From the NCBI GenBank assembly GCA_934692665.1, contig CAKUUG010000004.1, positions 1,915-65,914 on the forward strand: a stretch of DNA of 64,000 nucleotides. The letters run 5' to 3'. Numbering within the stretch: the stretch's first letter is position 1; every line of letters begins with the position of its first letter. The DNA comes from an uncultured Candidatus Melainabacteria bacterium (lineage in GTDB: Bacteria > Cyanobacteriota > Vampirovibrionia > Gastranaerophilales > Gastranaerophilaceae). Below are positions 41,536 to 51,206 of this stretch, one piece after another. A program made the translations under genes and the position numbers. The notes beneath the pieces were generated by a model. The model searched no databases. It was given only the letters and a program-made list of their open reading frames with translations, and was not told where the DNA came from.

Positions 41536-42121
41536 ATATATTGGATGAAATATGGAACTAAATTTAACAGACAAACAAAAAATTTTATTAGAAGGAATAA
41601 TTCGTTCTTTAATTTTTCTTGTTGTGATGAGAGAATTATACTCTTTTATATTTGAATGCATAACGGGTCCTGTAATGGGAGTTGTTATAAATTGCGTTTC
41701 TGAGATTGATGCTTTTTTGAATCCGGAACCTACAGGCAATGGAATGGATATATATGCTTTTATAATATTTTGTATTATTTGCATGGTATCTAATACTTAT
41801 GTTGTTGCAAAATTATGTGGGATACTTAAGTATTTTTCCAAATTTAAATTTTGGAAGAGCTTTTTGTGTTTGTTATTAATAAGTTATGCTTGTTATTATT
41901 TTTCTTATTTAAATCTACATACGTTTAAACTAAATTTTGATACAAACGACACTCCTGGAGGTTTTTATGCTCCGTCGATAATTCCTGTGTATTTGATTTT
42001 TCTTTTCTTTAATTTTGTAACCAAAAAAATTCCAATCCCATTTAAACAAATCGGGTATTTCTTCAGCAAAGAATTTTACATAGATTTATACAAAAAATAT
42101 CTGAAAAAAAGTAAGAATTAG
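41536..42121 (+). repeat. right arm of ~590-bp inverted duplication
   Basis: See the left arm. Divergence is concentrated in one loop (NFDTNDTPGGFYAPSIIPVY versus NYDADEAGGMDIALTILPSY). Confidence 0.85.
41552..42121 (+). CDS. multi-TM membrane protein, immunity-like (copy A', orphan)
   Basis: Paralog of 39864-40436 in inverted orientation. Preceded by 16 nt identical to the 3' tip of the toxin-like gene. Confidence 0.75.
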   Translation: MELNLTDKQKILLEGIIRSLIFLVVMRELYSFIFECITGPVMGVVINCVSEIDAFLNPEPTGNGMDIYAFIIFCIICMVSNTYVVAKLCGILKYFSKFKFWKSFLCLLLISYACYYFSYLNLHTFKLNFDTNDTPGGFYAPSIIPVYLIFLFFNFVTKKIPIPFKQIGYFFSKEFYIDLYKKYLKKSKN

Positions 42122-42127
42122 TAAAAA

Positions 42128-45100
42128 TTATTGTTCAATGTATCCAATCAATTTTTCAAGCACTGTCTGGATTGAAGTCATTTTGTTTTCTATGATTTCT
42201 ACTCTGTTGGATAGCATTTTTGTTTGCGTCATATTTTCGTAGAAAATATCAATAAACTGGTTAGGATTGAAACTTTCGGTTTGTGCTTGCGAAAGCAGTT
42301 CAACCTTTTTGTTTAATTCTGCAATTCTTACATCTTGGTTTTGAGAATTTTTAATCAAAAGTTTAAGAGCGTTTTCGATTTTGCCATTAAATTCTAAAAC
42401 ATCTCTTTTTGATTTTTCGCTTTGGACAAGACGAGTCTTTATGTCTTCAAAACCTTTTTGTTCTAGTTCATCTATTCTTTCTGCAACGTCATCAATTTTT
42501 ATTGAAACATCTTTAAACCAGCCTGTTAGATTTCCAATTTCTGTTTCAACATCACGATTTACTTTTATGTTTTCGATAGACATTGCTCTCAATTCAACAA
42601 CTTTTTCAAAAACGCTTCTTAATTCGTCATTGTTTGCTGAGTGCTTTTCTATAGCTAATTTTATTTTTGCAAGGTCGGATTCAATATCTTCCAGTGTATA
42701 AGAATAGTTTGAATTTTCTTCGTTTGTTCTTATTTTTCTGATAGAATTTTCTATTTTTGAAAATTCGCCTTCCAAGTTTTCTTTTATTTCTTGAGAAATA
42801 TTGGCTTTCAAAAATTCAAAATTAGAAAGATATTCTTGAACTTTTGCCGACAATTCGTCGATATTTGAGTTTTGTGTATCCAACAAAGATGTATCTTTTG
42901 GTTTTTCAACCAAAATAGAGATTTTTTGGATATTGTCTTTTAGTTTTTGGTCAATATCTTCTTTTGTTGAATTGAAATATTCTTTTAGTTCAGAACTTCC
43001 TTCTTCTAAATCTTGTATTTTTTCAGAAATTTTTGATATAGCATTCAAAATCGAAGCTATGTTTTTGCTTTCTTCAATGTTTGAAATCTTCATTGACAAA
43101 TTAGAAGTAGAAGTTTGAATTTCTTCCAACAATTCTTTTGCATTGTGAATTTGTTGAAGATTTGTTCTGTCGATTTTTGTTTCTATATCAACAACAGTTT
43201 CTCTTAGTGATTTTTTTTCAACAATATTGTCCAAATCAGCCCCGATATAACTATCGAGCAATTTGTCGACTTTTGCTTCAAAAGATGAAATCGAAGTTTT
43301 GTTGTTTTTTCCGATATTAGAAATGCCTTCTAAAATATCACCCCTAATTCCATCCAAGATATCTTGAGTGTGAGCGTTGTTGGAGTTTATTGCATCGTTG
43401 ATTTTTTCAACAGCATCTTGCGTAAAATTCTCCAAGCCGACTTCTAGATTTGTTACTTTGTCGGTGACTTTGTCGAGATTGTCAATTTGTTTTAAAGAAA
43501 AATCTTGAAAATCTGTTTTGAAATTTACAAATTCTTTTTGTATTCTTTCATTTAATGATTCAACATTGTCAATCAAATGGTCAGAAAGCTTTTGTAAATC
43601 GACTTTTAGGGTATCAAGAGTTTCTATATTTATTGTTTTTGTGTCGTCTTGAATTTTGTCTACAGCATCCTTTAAATTGCTCTGAAGCGTTGCTATAGTG
43701 TCATTAAACGAGCTTCTTACTTGGCTTAAGTTGTTGCTGTTTTCTGTAACAACATGGGTTCTAAATATTTCCAATCTGTCGGCAATTGTCGGAATGTTTT
43801 CTGAAATCTGAGTCAAAATTTGCATAGAAGAAACTGAATTTATGTCATTCAGACTTGTTTGCATGTTTTGGATTGAAGATTGAATTTCAAAAACAGTGTC
43901 TCTTAAATTGTCAGACAATTCTTTTATGTTTTTTCCGATATCTTGGTCTTTTAGTTCTGCTAAAGCACGTTCAATCGGTTCTTGCAGGATTTTTATGTTG
44001 CCTGAATTTATTGCTGACAAATCTTTTTTGAAATTCGTCAAACCCATGATGAGATTTTTGATTTCTTCTTTTGCAGCGTTTAAATATCTTTCAAAATCCT
44101 GTCTATGATTGTGCGATTTGTACAAAATTTCGTCATTAATCAGTCCGTGGACGTTTTTTAGTTCGTTTCCGAGTCCTTTTACTGTTTCTGTAAGGTTTTG
44201 TACTTCTTCTTTTGAAGAAATTACGCTGCCTGTGAGACTTTGTACGTTGTTGCCTATTGCATTGACTGAAGTATTTAAATTGAACACTTCAGTTTTGACT
44301 CCGGAGTCGTCGCTTGCAGTGTTAACTACTTTTTGTATTTCGTACTTAACACTTTCCAATTGATTTTTTACTTCTGCAGATAGTGCCTGAAGTTCTATTT
44401 TTGGGTCTATTGTTTTGATGTTGTCTTGTATGGTTTGCATTGCAACGTTGAGATTTTGAACGTTTTGCAATGCATCATTGAAGATGTTTTCTCTATGTTG
44501 AATAGCATCAATCAAACCCGTTAAGTCTTTGTATTTTGAATCAATAATAGCAATAGCCGAGATAACGGAATTTACGTTTCCTGTGATTGTATCTAAGTCG
44601 CTTTTTATTGATAAATATTGCTCTCTAGAGGAATTTTGTTTAATTTGCGACAAAAAGTCTGCAAAATTTTTGTTTAAGGTGATTGTAATGTTTTCAAACC
44701 CATGGGAAAAATTTGCAAAATTTTCGGTTAATTTTGCGATTTGCAAAGATGTGTCATTGTTTTTTTGAAGTTCAATATTATTAAATATTTTTTGTAAAGT
44801 TACATCTTGTGCACTAAGTTTTGAAAATGTTACAGAAGTATCATTCAAGAGTCTGGAAATTTCTGCTGCCATTTTTGGATTTTGGCTGTTTTGGGCATTC
44901 ATTAAATTTCTGACTGAATCTTCTAAAGTTTTTATTAGTTGATTTGTTTGACCGTATTTAACTTCAATGGTTTTTCTAAACTCATTGACAAGGGTTGTTG
45001 CTATTTTTTCACTTGTTACATTATTAAGATTTTCATATCTTTGAGAAAGGCTGGTTAGAGCGTTGTATATTTCTCCTTGTGACATTGATGATTTGGCATA

Positions 45101-45157
45101 CAGACCTTTGATGGCTTCAGTTAACTGGTCTAATCTGATTTCTACACTATCTACCAT
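42128..45157 (-). CDS. giant coiled-coil-rich protein (~1009 aa)
   Basis: Heptad-like, N/I/K/E/S/L/Q-rich sequence throughout, with no TM, Walker or enzymatic motif. ATG at 45157 (MVDSVEIRL) is preferred over the TTG at 45208. Confidence 0.7.
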   Translation of the reverse strand: MVDSVEIRLDQLTEAIKGLYAKSSMSQGEIYNALTSLSQRYENLNNVTSEKIATTLVNEFRKTIEVKYGQTNQLIKTLEDSVRNLMNAQNSQNPKMAAEISRLLNDTSVTFSKLSAQDVTLQKIFNNIELQKNNDTSLQIAKLTENFANFSHGFENITITLNKNFADFLSQIKQNSSREQYLSIKSDLDTITGNVNSVISAIAIIDSKYKDLTGLIDAIQHRENIFNDALQNVQNLNVAMQTIQDNIKTIDPKIELQALSAEVKNQLESVKYEIQKVVNTASDDSGVKTEVFNLNTSVNAIGNNVQSLTGSVISSKEEVQNLTETVKGLGNELKNVHGLINDEILYKSHNHRQDFERYLNAAKEEIKNLIMGLTNFKKDLSAINSGNIKILQEPIERALAELKDQDIGKNIKELSDNLRDTVFEIQSSIQNMQTSLNDINSVSSMQILTQISENIPTIADRLEIFRTHVVTENSNNLSQVRSSFNDTIATLQSNLKDAVDKIQDDTKTINIETLDTLKVDLQKLSDHLIDNVESLNERIQKEFVNFKTDFQDFSLKQIDNLDKVTDKVTNLEVGLENFTQDAVEKINDAINSNNAHTQDILDGIRGDILEGISNIGKNNKTSISSFEAKVDKLLDSYIGADLDNIVEKKSLRETVVDIETKIDRTNLQQIHNAKELLEEIQTSTSNLSMKISNIEESKNIASILNAISKISEKIQDLEEGSSELKEYFNSTKEDIDQKLKDNIQKISILVEKPKDTSLLDTQNSNIDELSAKVQEYLSNFEFLKANISQEIKENLEGEFSKIENSIRKIRTNEENSNYSYTLEDIESDLAKIKLAIEKHSANNDELRSVFEKVVELRAMSIENIKVNRDVETEIGNLTGWFKDVSIKIDDVAERIDELEQKGFEDIKTRLVQSEKSKRDVLEFNGKIENALKLLIKNSQNQDVRIAELNKKVELLSQAQTESFNPNQFIDIFYENMTQTKMLSNRVEIIENKMTSIQTVLEKLIGYIEQ

Positions 45158-45313
45158 TGGTTTACTTTTTTCCTTTTCCCCTTTTGTTATTCTAACAGAA
45201 AAATACAAATAATTTAAAAATTGTAATATTAATTAATATTTTTATTGGGTTGTTCATTATATTTTTTTTAGATAAAATTGAGTGTATAAAAAAGAAAATT
45301 TGAGGAAAATATT

Positions 45314-46651
45314 TTGCAATTTAGTCTTAATGAAATCGAAAAATGTTTGGATTGTGAAATTTTATATAAAAAAGAAAACATAAATTCAGAAGAACTATTT
45401 AATATTTCAACAGATACCAGAAAACTCCAAAAAGGTGATGTGTATTTGCCTTTGAGGGGAGAAAATTTCGATGGACACAACTTCATACAAAAAGCCTTAG
45501 AAAACGGTGCTAGGGGCTATTTTACACAAGACAAATTTAAAATCGACGAATCTGCTGATTTTATTATTTATGTAAAAAACTCTCTAATTGCGTATTTGGA
45601 ACTTGCATATTATATAAGAAAAAAAATTAACCCTTTAGTTGTTGCAATAACAGGCTCTTGTGGAAAAACAACAACAAAAGAAATGTTGTATAGCGTTTTT
45701 AGTCAACAATTCAAAACCCACAAAACATTTCTCAACCACAACAACGAAATAGGTTTTTGTGAAACAATGTTTCTTATGCCAAAAGACACGCAAGTCGTAA
45801 TTGTAGAAATGGGCATGAGAAATTTGGGCGAAATTGAGTTGTTGTCACAATATTCAAATCCGGATGTTGGCATAATTTCAAACATTGGTTCAGCTCATGT
45901 AGAAAGATTGGGAACTCTCGAAAATATTGCAATTGCAAAATGCGAAATTGCAAAAAACCTCAAAAAAACAGGACTTTTTGTTGGAGTGGATTGTGAAAGA
46001 TTAAAAAACAATCTGGTTTACGAAGGCGAAAAGATTTTCACTTCTCTAAAAGATGTAAAAAACATCAAAATGTCAAAAGACATCACGAGTTTTGAATTTG
46101 AAAACGAAACATTTGAAATAACACAAGCAGGTGAATACAATATTTCTAATGCATTGCTTGTAATTGTTGCAGCTTTGAAAAACGGTGTTACTCTACAAAA
46201 CATTAAAAAAGGTCTAAAATCCTACAAACCTATAGAAAAACGTTGGGAAAAAACAGAAATCAACGGGCTGACGTTTATTAATGACAGCTATAACGCAAAT
46301 CCCGAATCTATGCTTGCTGTTTTAAAGACTTTTATTGCAATATATAATAAACCGATTGCTATTGTATTGGGTGATATGCTGGAATTGGGCAAAGATGAAA
46401 TTGCATATCACAAACAAATCGGCGAATTTTTGTCAAATTACTCAGATATTTTGCTTTTGACAGTTGGAAATTTGGCTCGTCACATTGCAAGAAATACAAC
46501 ATTGAAAAGTATAGAATTTGACAACAATGAAGATTGTGCAAAATACATTTCAAATAACATACAAAAAGGTACAACAATACTATTAAAAGCATCTCGTTCA
46601 ATGAAATTTGAACAAATAATCGAAAACATTAAGAATGGTGAAAAAATATGA
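45314..46651 (+). CDS. murF: UDP-N-acetylmuramoyl-tripeptide--D-alanyl-D-alanine ligase
   Basis: ITGSCGKTTTKEM P-loop and DSYNANPESM, with position upstream of mraY. Confidence 0.92.
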   Translation: MQFSLNEIEKCLDCEILYKKENINSEELFNISTDTRKLQKGDVYLPLRGENFDGHNFIQKALENGARGYFTQDKFKIDESADFIIYVKNSLIAYLELAYYIRKKINPLVVAITGSCGKTTTKEMLYSVFSQQFKTHKTFLNHNNEIGFCETMFLMPKDTQVVIVEMGMRNLGEIELLSQYSNPDVGIISNIGSAHVERLGTLENIAIAKCEIAKNLKKTGLFVGVDCERLKNNLVYEGEKIFTSLKDVKNIKMSKDITSFEFENETFEITQAGEYNISNALLVIVAALKNGVTLQNIKKGLKSYKPIEKRWEKTEINGLTFINDSYNANPESMLAVLKTFIAIYNKPIAIVLGDMLELGKDEIAYHKQIGEFLSNYSDILLLTVGNLARHIARNTTLKSIEFDNNEDCAKYISNNIQKGTTILLKASRSMKFEQIIENIKNGEKI

Positions 46652-47610
46652 TAATGATTAGCGTAGCCGGACTCATCGCAATAGTTTTGTGTTTACTGTT
46701 CGGAGTTCCGTATTTGGACTATATGAAGAAAAAGGCTTATTCTCAATATTTGAGGGAAGAAGTAGCGCAAATGCATTCTTATAAAGAAAAAACCCCGACA
46801 ACAGGCGGTGTGTTTATAATTTCTGCAATATTGCTTGCTTCTTTGGTTGCACTTTTTATGGCACAATGTGTTACAACAAGAGCCTTGATTGTTTTGATTA
46901 CTTTGATTTTTTATACATTAACAGGTTTTGAAGATGATTATAAAAAAATCAAAGCAAAACAGAATCTTGGGCTTAGTGCAAGAATGAAATTATTGTTCCA
47001 AATCGCAGTTGCAATGCTTCCTGCGTATTATATTATTTCTATGCATCAGACACAAATTTCTTTTTTGAACTTTAGTTTTGATTTGGGTTGGTTTTATCCA
47101 ATTTTGGCAGTTTTTATGATGGTTGGTTCATCAAATGCAACAAATCTCACTGATGGTCTTGATGGTTTGTGTTCTTCTTCTTGTGTTTTTGCTTTTTTGG
47201 CTTGTTGTATCATTTGTTTTTTAAACAATAATATTGATTTAGCAATAATTTCGGTTGCTGCAGCGGCTTCTTGTCTTGGTTTTTTATATTTCAACAAAAA
47301 ACCTGCAAAAATATTTATGGGCGACACCGGTTCTTTAGCGTTGGGTGGATTGCTCGCAACTATTTCCATTATGGGAAAATTTGAACTTTGGTTAATTCCG
47401 ATTGGTATAATTTTTATTTTAGAAACTTTGTCTGTCATGATTCAAGTAACGAGTTTTAAATTGACAGGAAAAAGAGTGTTTAAAATGAGTCCTATTCACC
47501 ACCATTTCGAACTTTCGAATTGGAGTGAAAACAAAATCGTTATCGTGTTTACATCAATTACTGCGGTGTTTTCTTTAATTGCAGTTTTAATGTATTATTT
47601 TATTAAATAG
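46648..47610 (+). CDS. mraY: phospho-N-acetylmuramoyl-pentapeptide transferase
   Basis: NATNLTDGLDGL, MGDTGSLALGG and SPIHHHFE motifs. Confidence 0.96.
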   Translation: MIMISVAGLIAIVLCLLFGVPYLDYMKKKAYSQYLREEVAQMHSYKEKTPTTGGVFIISAILLASLVALFMAQCVTTRALIVLITLIFYTLTGFEDDYKKIKAKQNLGLSARMKLLFQIAVAMLPAYYIISMHQTQISFLNFSFDLGWFYPILAVFMMVGSSNATNLTDGLDGLCSSSCVFAFLACCIICFLNNNIDLAIISVAAAASCLGFLYFNKKPAKIFMGDTGSLALGGLLATISIMGKFELWLIPIGIIFILETLSVMIQVTSFKLTGKRVFKMSPIHHHFELSNWSENKIVIVFTSITAVFSLIAVLMYYFIK

Positions 47611-47622
47611 TAAGGCAAAATA

Positions 47623-48963
47623 ATGGAAAATAAAAAGAAAAAAGCGTTAATTTTGGGTTTTTCAAAAACAGGTATAGCTTGTGCAAAATATTTAAAAAAA
47701 CAAGGCTATTGTGTTTATGTTTCAGAATTTAATGAAAAAAAAGAAAAAGACAAAGAATTAATCTCTGAAATGCAAATTTTAGATATAAATCTAGAATTCA
47801 ATGGACATAGTGACGAATTTATCAATGGTGCTGATTTTTGCATTTTATCGCCTTCTATTCCGACTGATGCACCGGTTTTGCAGAAATTAAAAGAAAAAAA
47901 TATAGAATATTTTTCTGATATTGAATATGTTTCGAGATTAAACAACAATGAAAAAATGATAATTATCACCGGAACAAACGGCAAAACAACAACAACCGCC
48001 CTTACATCTCACATATTATCAGAAAAATTTAAAGCTCCATTTTGTGGAAATATAGGTATCTCGCCTGTTGAATATTTGAGAAAAAATGTAGATTATTTTG
48101 TAATTGAAGCAAGTTCTTATCAATTGAACTATTCTGATACATTAAAACCAAAAATCGGTATATTCACAAATTTGACCCCTGATCATATTTTGTGGCACAA
48201 AAGTATCGAAAATTATTTTGAAGCAAAAGCAAAACCTTTCTACAATATGGACGAAAACGATTTTGCAATTTTGAATTATGATGACGAATACACAAAAAAA
48301 CTGGCTTCAAAAATAAAAGCGAAAGTCTACTATTTTTCACTTTTTGAGCCAAAAGAAGAAAATACAATTTATTTAAAAGATGATAAAATAATTTTCAACA
48401 ATGAAGAAATAATAAACATCAACGAAATGCAAATTATCGGGCCTCACAATGTCCAAAACGCAATGTGTGCGATATTGTCTGCTATTGTTTTAGGCTTGGA
48501 TACAAAAACAATACAAAAAGCCCTAAAATCTTTTAAACCTATAGAACATAGGCTCGAATACGTGAGAACATTGGATGGAACAGATTATTACAATGATTCA
48601 AAAGCAACAAATCCTGAAGCGAGCATTGTTGCAATAAATTCTTTTAAAAACAAAAGAGTCGTTCTGATTGCAGGCGGCAGGGACAAAATGACTTCTTTAG
48701 AAGAATTTATTGACAATATAAAAGAAAAAATCTCAAAAGTAATTTTAATAGGCGAAGCAACAAAAAGATTCCGTGATGAATTGTCTGAACATGGTTACAT
48801 CAATACAGTAAATTCAAAATCACTGGAAGAAGCAATAGATATAGCTTCATTAGACAAACCTGATGTAGTGTTGTTGTCACCTGCGTGTGCAAGTTTTGAT
48901 ATGTTTGAAAGCTACGAAAAAAGAGGAGAAGCGTTCAAAAATTATGTCTTATCTAAAGAATAG
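47623..48963 (+). CDS. murD: UDP-N-acetylmuramoylalanine--D-glutamate ligase
   Basis: ITGTNGKTTTTAL and YNDSKATNPEA, with dcw position. Confidence 0.93.
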   Translation: MENKKKKALILGFSKTGIACAKYLKKQGYCVYVSEFNEKKEKDKELISEMQILDINLEFNGHSDEFINGADFCILSPSIPTDAPVLQKLKEKNIEYFSDIEYVSRLNNNEKMIIITGTNGKTTTTALTSHILSEKFKAPFCGNIGISPVEYLRKNVDYFVIEASSYQLNYSDTLKPKIGIFTNLTPDHILWHKSIENYFEAKAKPFYNMDENDFAILNYDDEYTKKLASKIKAKVYYFSLFEPKEENTIYLKDDKIIFNNEEIININEMQIIGPHNVQNAMCAILSAIVLGLDTKTIQKALKSFKPIEHRLEYVRTLDGTDYYNDSKATNPEASIVAINSFKNKRVVLIAGGRDKMTSLEEFIDNIKEKISKVILIGEATKRFRDELSEHGYINTVNSKSLEEAIDIASLDKPDVVLLSPACASFDMFESYEKRGEAFKNYVLSKE

Positions 48964-50092
48964 AGCCTACAACACTCGCACAAACAAATCATTTGTTGAA
49001 ACTCCTGCGGACAATATTTTGATTGTTGTTGTGATTTTTATTGTTGTTTTTGGAATCATGGCAGTGTTTTCGGCTTCTGCACCAAAAGCAATAGCACAAG
49101 GCGAAAATCCTATATCTTTTGTAATAAAACAGGTAGCTTGGCTTGTAATTGGGATTTTTGGGGCAAGTTTTTTTGCAAAATTTGACTACAAACGATTGAA
49201 ACGCTGGGCATCTCCTTTGGCTGTTATAGTGCTTATAACTTTGTTATTGGTACAGTTTTCACCTTTGGGTGTAACTGTAAACGAAGCGAAACGTTGGCTT
49301 GTTATTGGGCCTTTACAGTTTCAGCCTTCAGAATTGGCAAAACCTGCTGTTGTATTGTATTTTGCAACATTGTTTTCAAGAAATTCTACTATAATTGATT
49401 CAAAAAAATATCCGTTTTATTTTATATTCGGTTTAATGTTATTATTGATATACAAACAACCCAATCTTTCTATGATAATCCTGCTTTTGGTCACTTCTGT
49501 TGCAATGTTTTATGTTGCCGGAGGTTCATTGAAATTAATCCTATCGACAGGAGCAGCAGGGCTTTTGGGTGTTGTTTCCACAATTCGTGATTACCAATTA
49601 CAAAGAATAAAAGTCTGGCTGAATCCGTTTTCTGACGCATTGGGTGCAGGATACAACATCATTCAGTCACTGGTTGCATTTTCTTCCGGAGGAATTTTTG
49701 GTGTTGGTTTTGGAAATTCAAAACAAAAACTCGCTTGGCTTCCTGAAGGGCATACAGATTTTATTTTTGCAATAATAGGCGAAGAATTTGGATTTTTCGG
49801 GTGCTTTTTCTTGATTTGTTTGTTTTGTGTGTTGTTGCACAGAGGTTTTAGAATAGCAAAAAAATGCCCCGATATGTTTGGAAAAATTCTTGCTGTTGGA
49901 ATAACATTTTCAATATGGTTCCAAGCGTTCACAAACATGGCTGTTGCAAGCTCTTTTGTTCCTGCGACAGGTATTCCCTTGCCATTCATTAGTTATGGCG
50001 GTTCAAGTTTGTGCGTTTCATTGTGCATGATTGGTGTATTGATTAATATTTCAAAGAAAAAAGTTCAAAGGATAATACACTATGTTGAATAA
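48944..50092 (+). CDS. ftsW: SEDS-family peptidoglycan glycosyltransferase (FtsW)
   Basis: About 10 TM segments, PSELAKP, LPEGHTDFIFAIIGEEFG, and dcw position. Start set at ATG 48944 (MSYLKN), overlapping the murD end by 20 nt. Confidence 0.88.
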   Translation: MSYLKNRAYNTRTNKSFVETPADNILIVVVIFIVVFGIMAVFSASAPKAIAQGENPISFVIKQVAWLVIGIFGASFFAKFDYKRLKRWASPLAVIVLITLLLVQFSPLGVTVNEAKRWLVIGPLQFQPSELAKPAVVLYFATLFSRNSTIIDSKKYPFYFIFGLMLLLIYKQPNLSMIILLLVTSVAMFYVAGGSLKLILSTGAAGLLGVVSTIRDYQLQRIKVWLNPFSDALGAGYNIIQSLVAFSSGGIFGVGFGNSKQKLAWLPEGHTDFIFAIIGEEFGFFGCFFLICLFCVLLHRGFRIAKKCPDMFGKILAVGITFSIWFQAFTNMAVASSFVPATGIPLPFISYGGSSLCVSLCMIGVLINISKKKVQRIIHYVE

Positions 50093-51206
50093 AAAGAAAG
50101 AAAATATATATTTTGTTGCAGGAGGCGGCACGGGTGGTCATATTTATCCGGCAACAGCAATAATAAAAGCACTTCTGGAAAACGGAATTAAAAACGAAAA
50201 TATTTTTTATTTGGGTAATAGAAAAAATCTGGAATTTGAAATCGCAAAACAAAATAACTTTAATTTTTTGTCTTACAATGTCGAAGGAATGCCCAGATGT
50301 GCAACATTAAAACTTCTGTTATGGGGAATTGAATTGTTCTTTGCAACATTAAAAGCGTTTTTGTACGTCTTAAGATATCGTCCGAGTGTGGTTTTTGCAA
50401 CAGGTGGTTATGTTTGTGCACCGATATTATTTTGTGCAGTGTTTTTAAATATTCCATTTGTGTTGCATGATTGTGATATTCAACCGGGGATTGTGACAAG
50501 GTTCTTTTCTCGTTTTGCAAAATCTGTTTCGCTTGCTTTTTCTGATGCAAAAAAATACATTCAAAATGACAACGTGAATATAAACGGAAACCCGATAAGA
50601 CAAGAATTTAAAACAATATCAAAAACAGAAGCAAGGAATGAACTCTCTTTAAAAGATGATTTTACGATTATGATAATGGGGGGTTCACTGGGTGCAAAGA
50701 CTATAAACAAAGCGTCTTTGAAGATATTGAGAGAATTTGGCAATAAAAAAGGTTACAAAATAATCTGGCAAACAGGCAAAAAGAATTTTGACAAAGTTAC
50801 AAAAATAATCTTGGATGAGTTTGAAGAATTGCCTGATAATCTCCTTCTGCAGCCTTATTTTGACAAAATGTACATAGTTCTTCTAGCGTCTGATGTTGTG
50901 ATTTCTCGTGCAGGGTCGTTGAGTTTGTCAGAGATTTGTGCATGTTCTTTGCCTTCTATATTGATTCCTTATCCTTTTGCGAGCCAAAATCATCAAAAGA
51001 AAAATGCTCAATGCTTGGTTGAAAAGCATGCTGCAATAATGCTTGAAGACAAAGACTGTAATGAAGAAACGCTATTCAAAACACTAATGGATTTGATTCA
51101 GAATAAGCAAGAAATTTCTGAACTATCATACAATGCGTACAAATTGTCAAAATTAAACGCATCAGGTGCGATTATTGAACAGATTAATGAAGCTATAAAA
51201 AAATGA
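50082..51206 (+). CDS. murG: undecaprenyldiphospho-muramoylpentapeptide beta-N-acetylglucosaminyltransferase
   Basis: GGGTGGHIYPA N-terminus, GGSLGA and SRAGSLSLSEI. Confidence 0.93.
   Translation: MLNKKKENIYFVAGGGTGGHIYPATAIIKALLENGIKNENIFYLGNRKNLEFEIAKQNNFNFLSYNVEGMPRCATLKLLLWGIELFFATLKAFLYVLRYRPSVVFATGGYVCAPILFCAVFLNIPFVLHDCDIQPGIVTRFFSRFAKSVSLAFSDAKKYIQNDNVNINGNPIRQEFKTISKTEARNELSLKDDFTIMIMGGSLGAKTINKASLKILREFGNKKGYKIIWQTGKKNFDKVTKIILDEFEELPDNLLLQPYFDKMYIVLLASDVVISRAGSLSLSEICACSLPSILIPYPFASQNHQKKNAQCLVEKHAAIMLEDKDCNEETLFKTLMDLIQNKQEISELSYNAYKLSKLNASGAIIEQINEAIKK

Noticed and set aside
41434-41784. 116-aa minus-strand ORF
   Set aside because: It is antisense shadow of the orphan membrane-protein copy, for the same reason.
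45158-45208. TTG-initiated 17-codon extension of the coiled-coil ORF
   Set aside because: The ATG at 45157 is a more conventional start, and the extension has no better RBS. It is kept only as an alternative.
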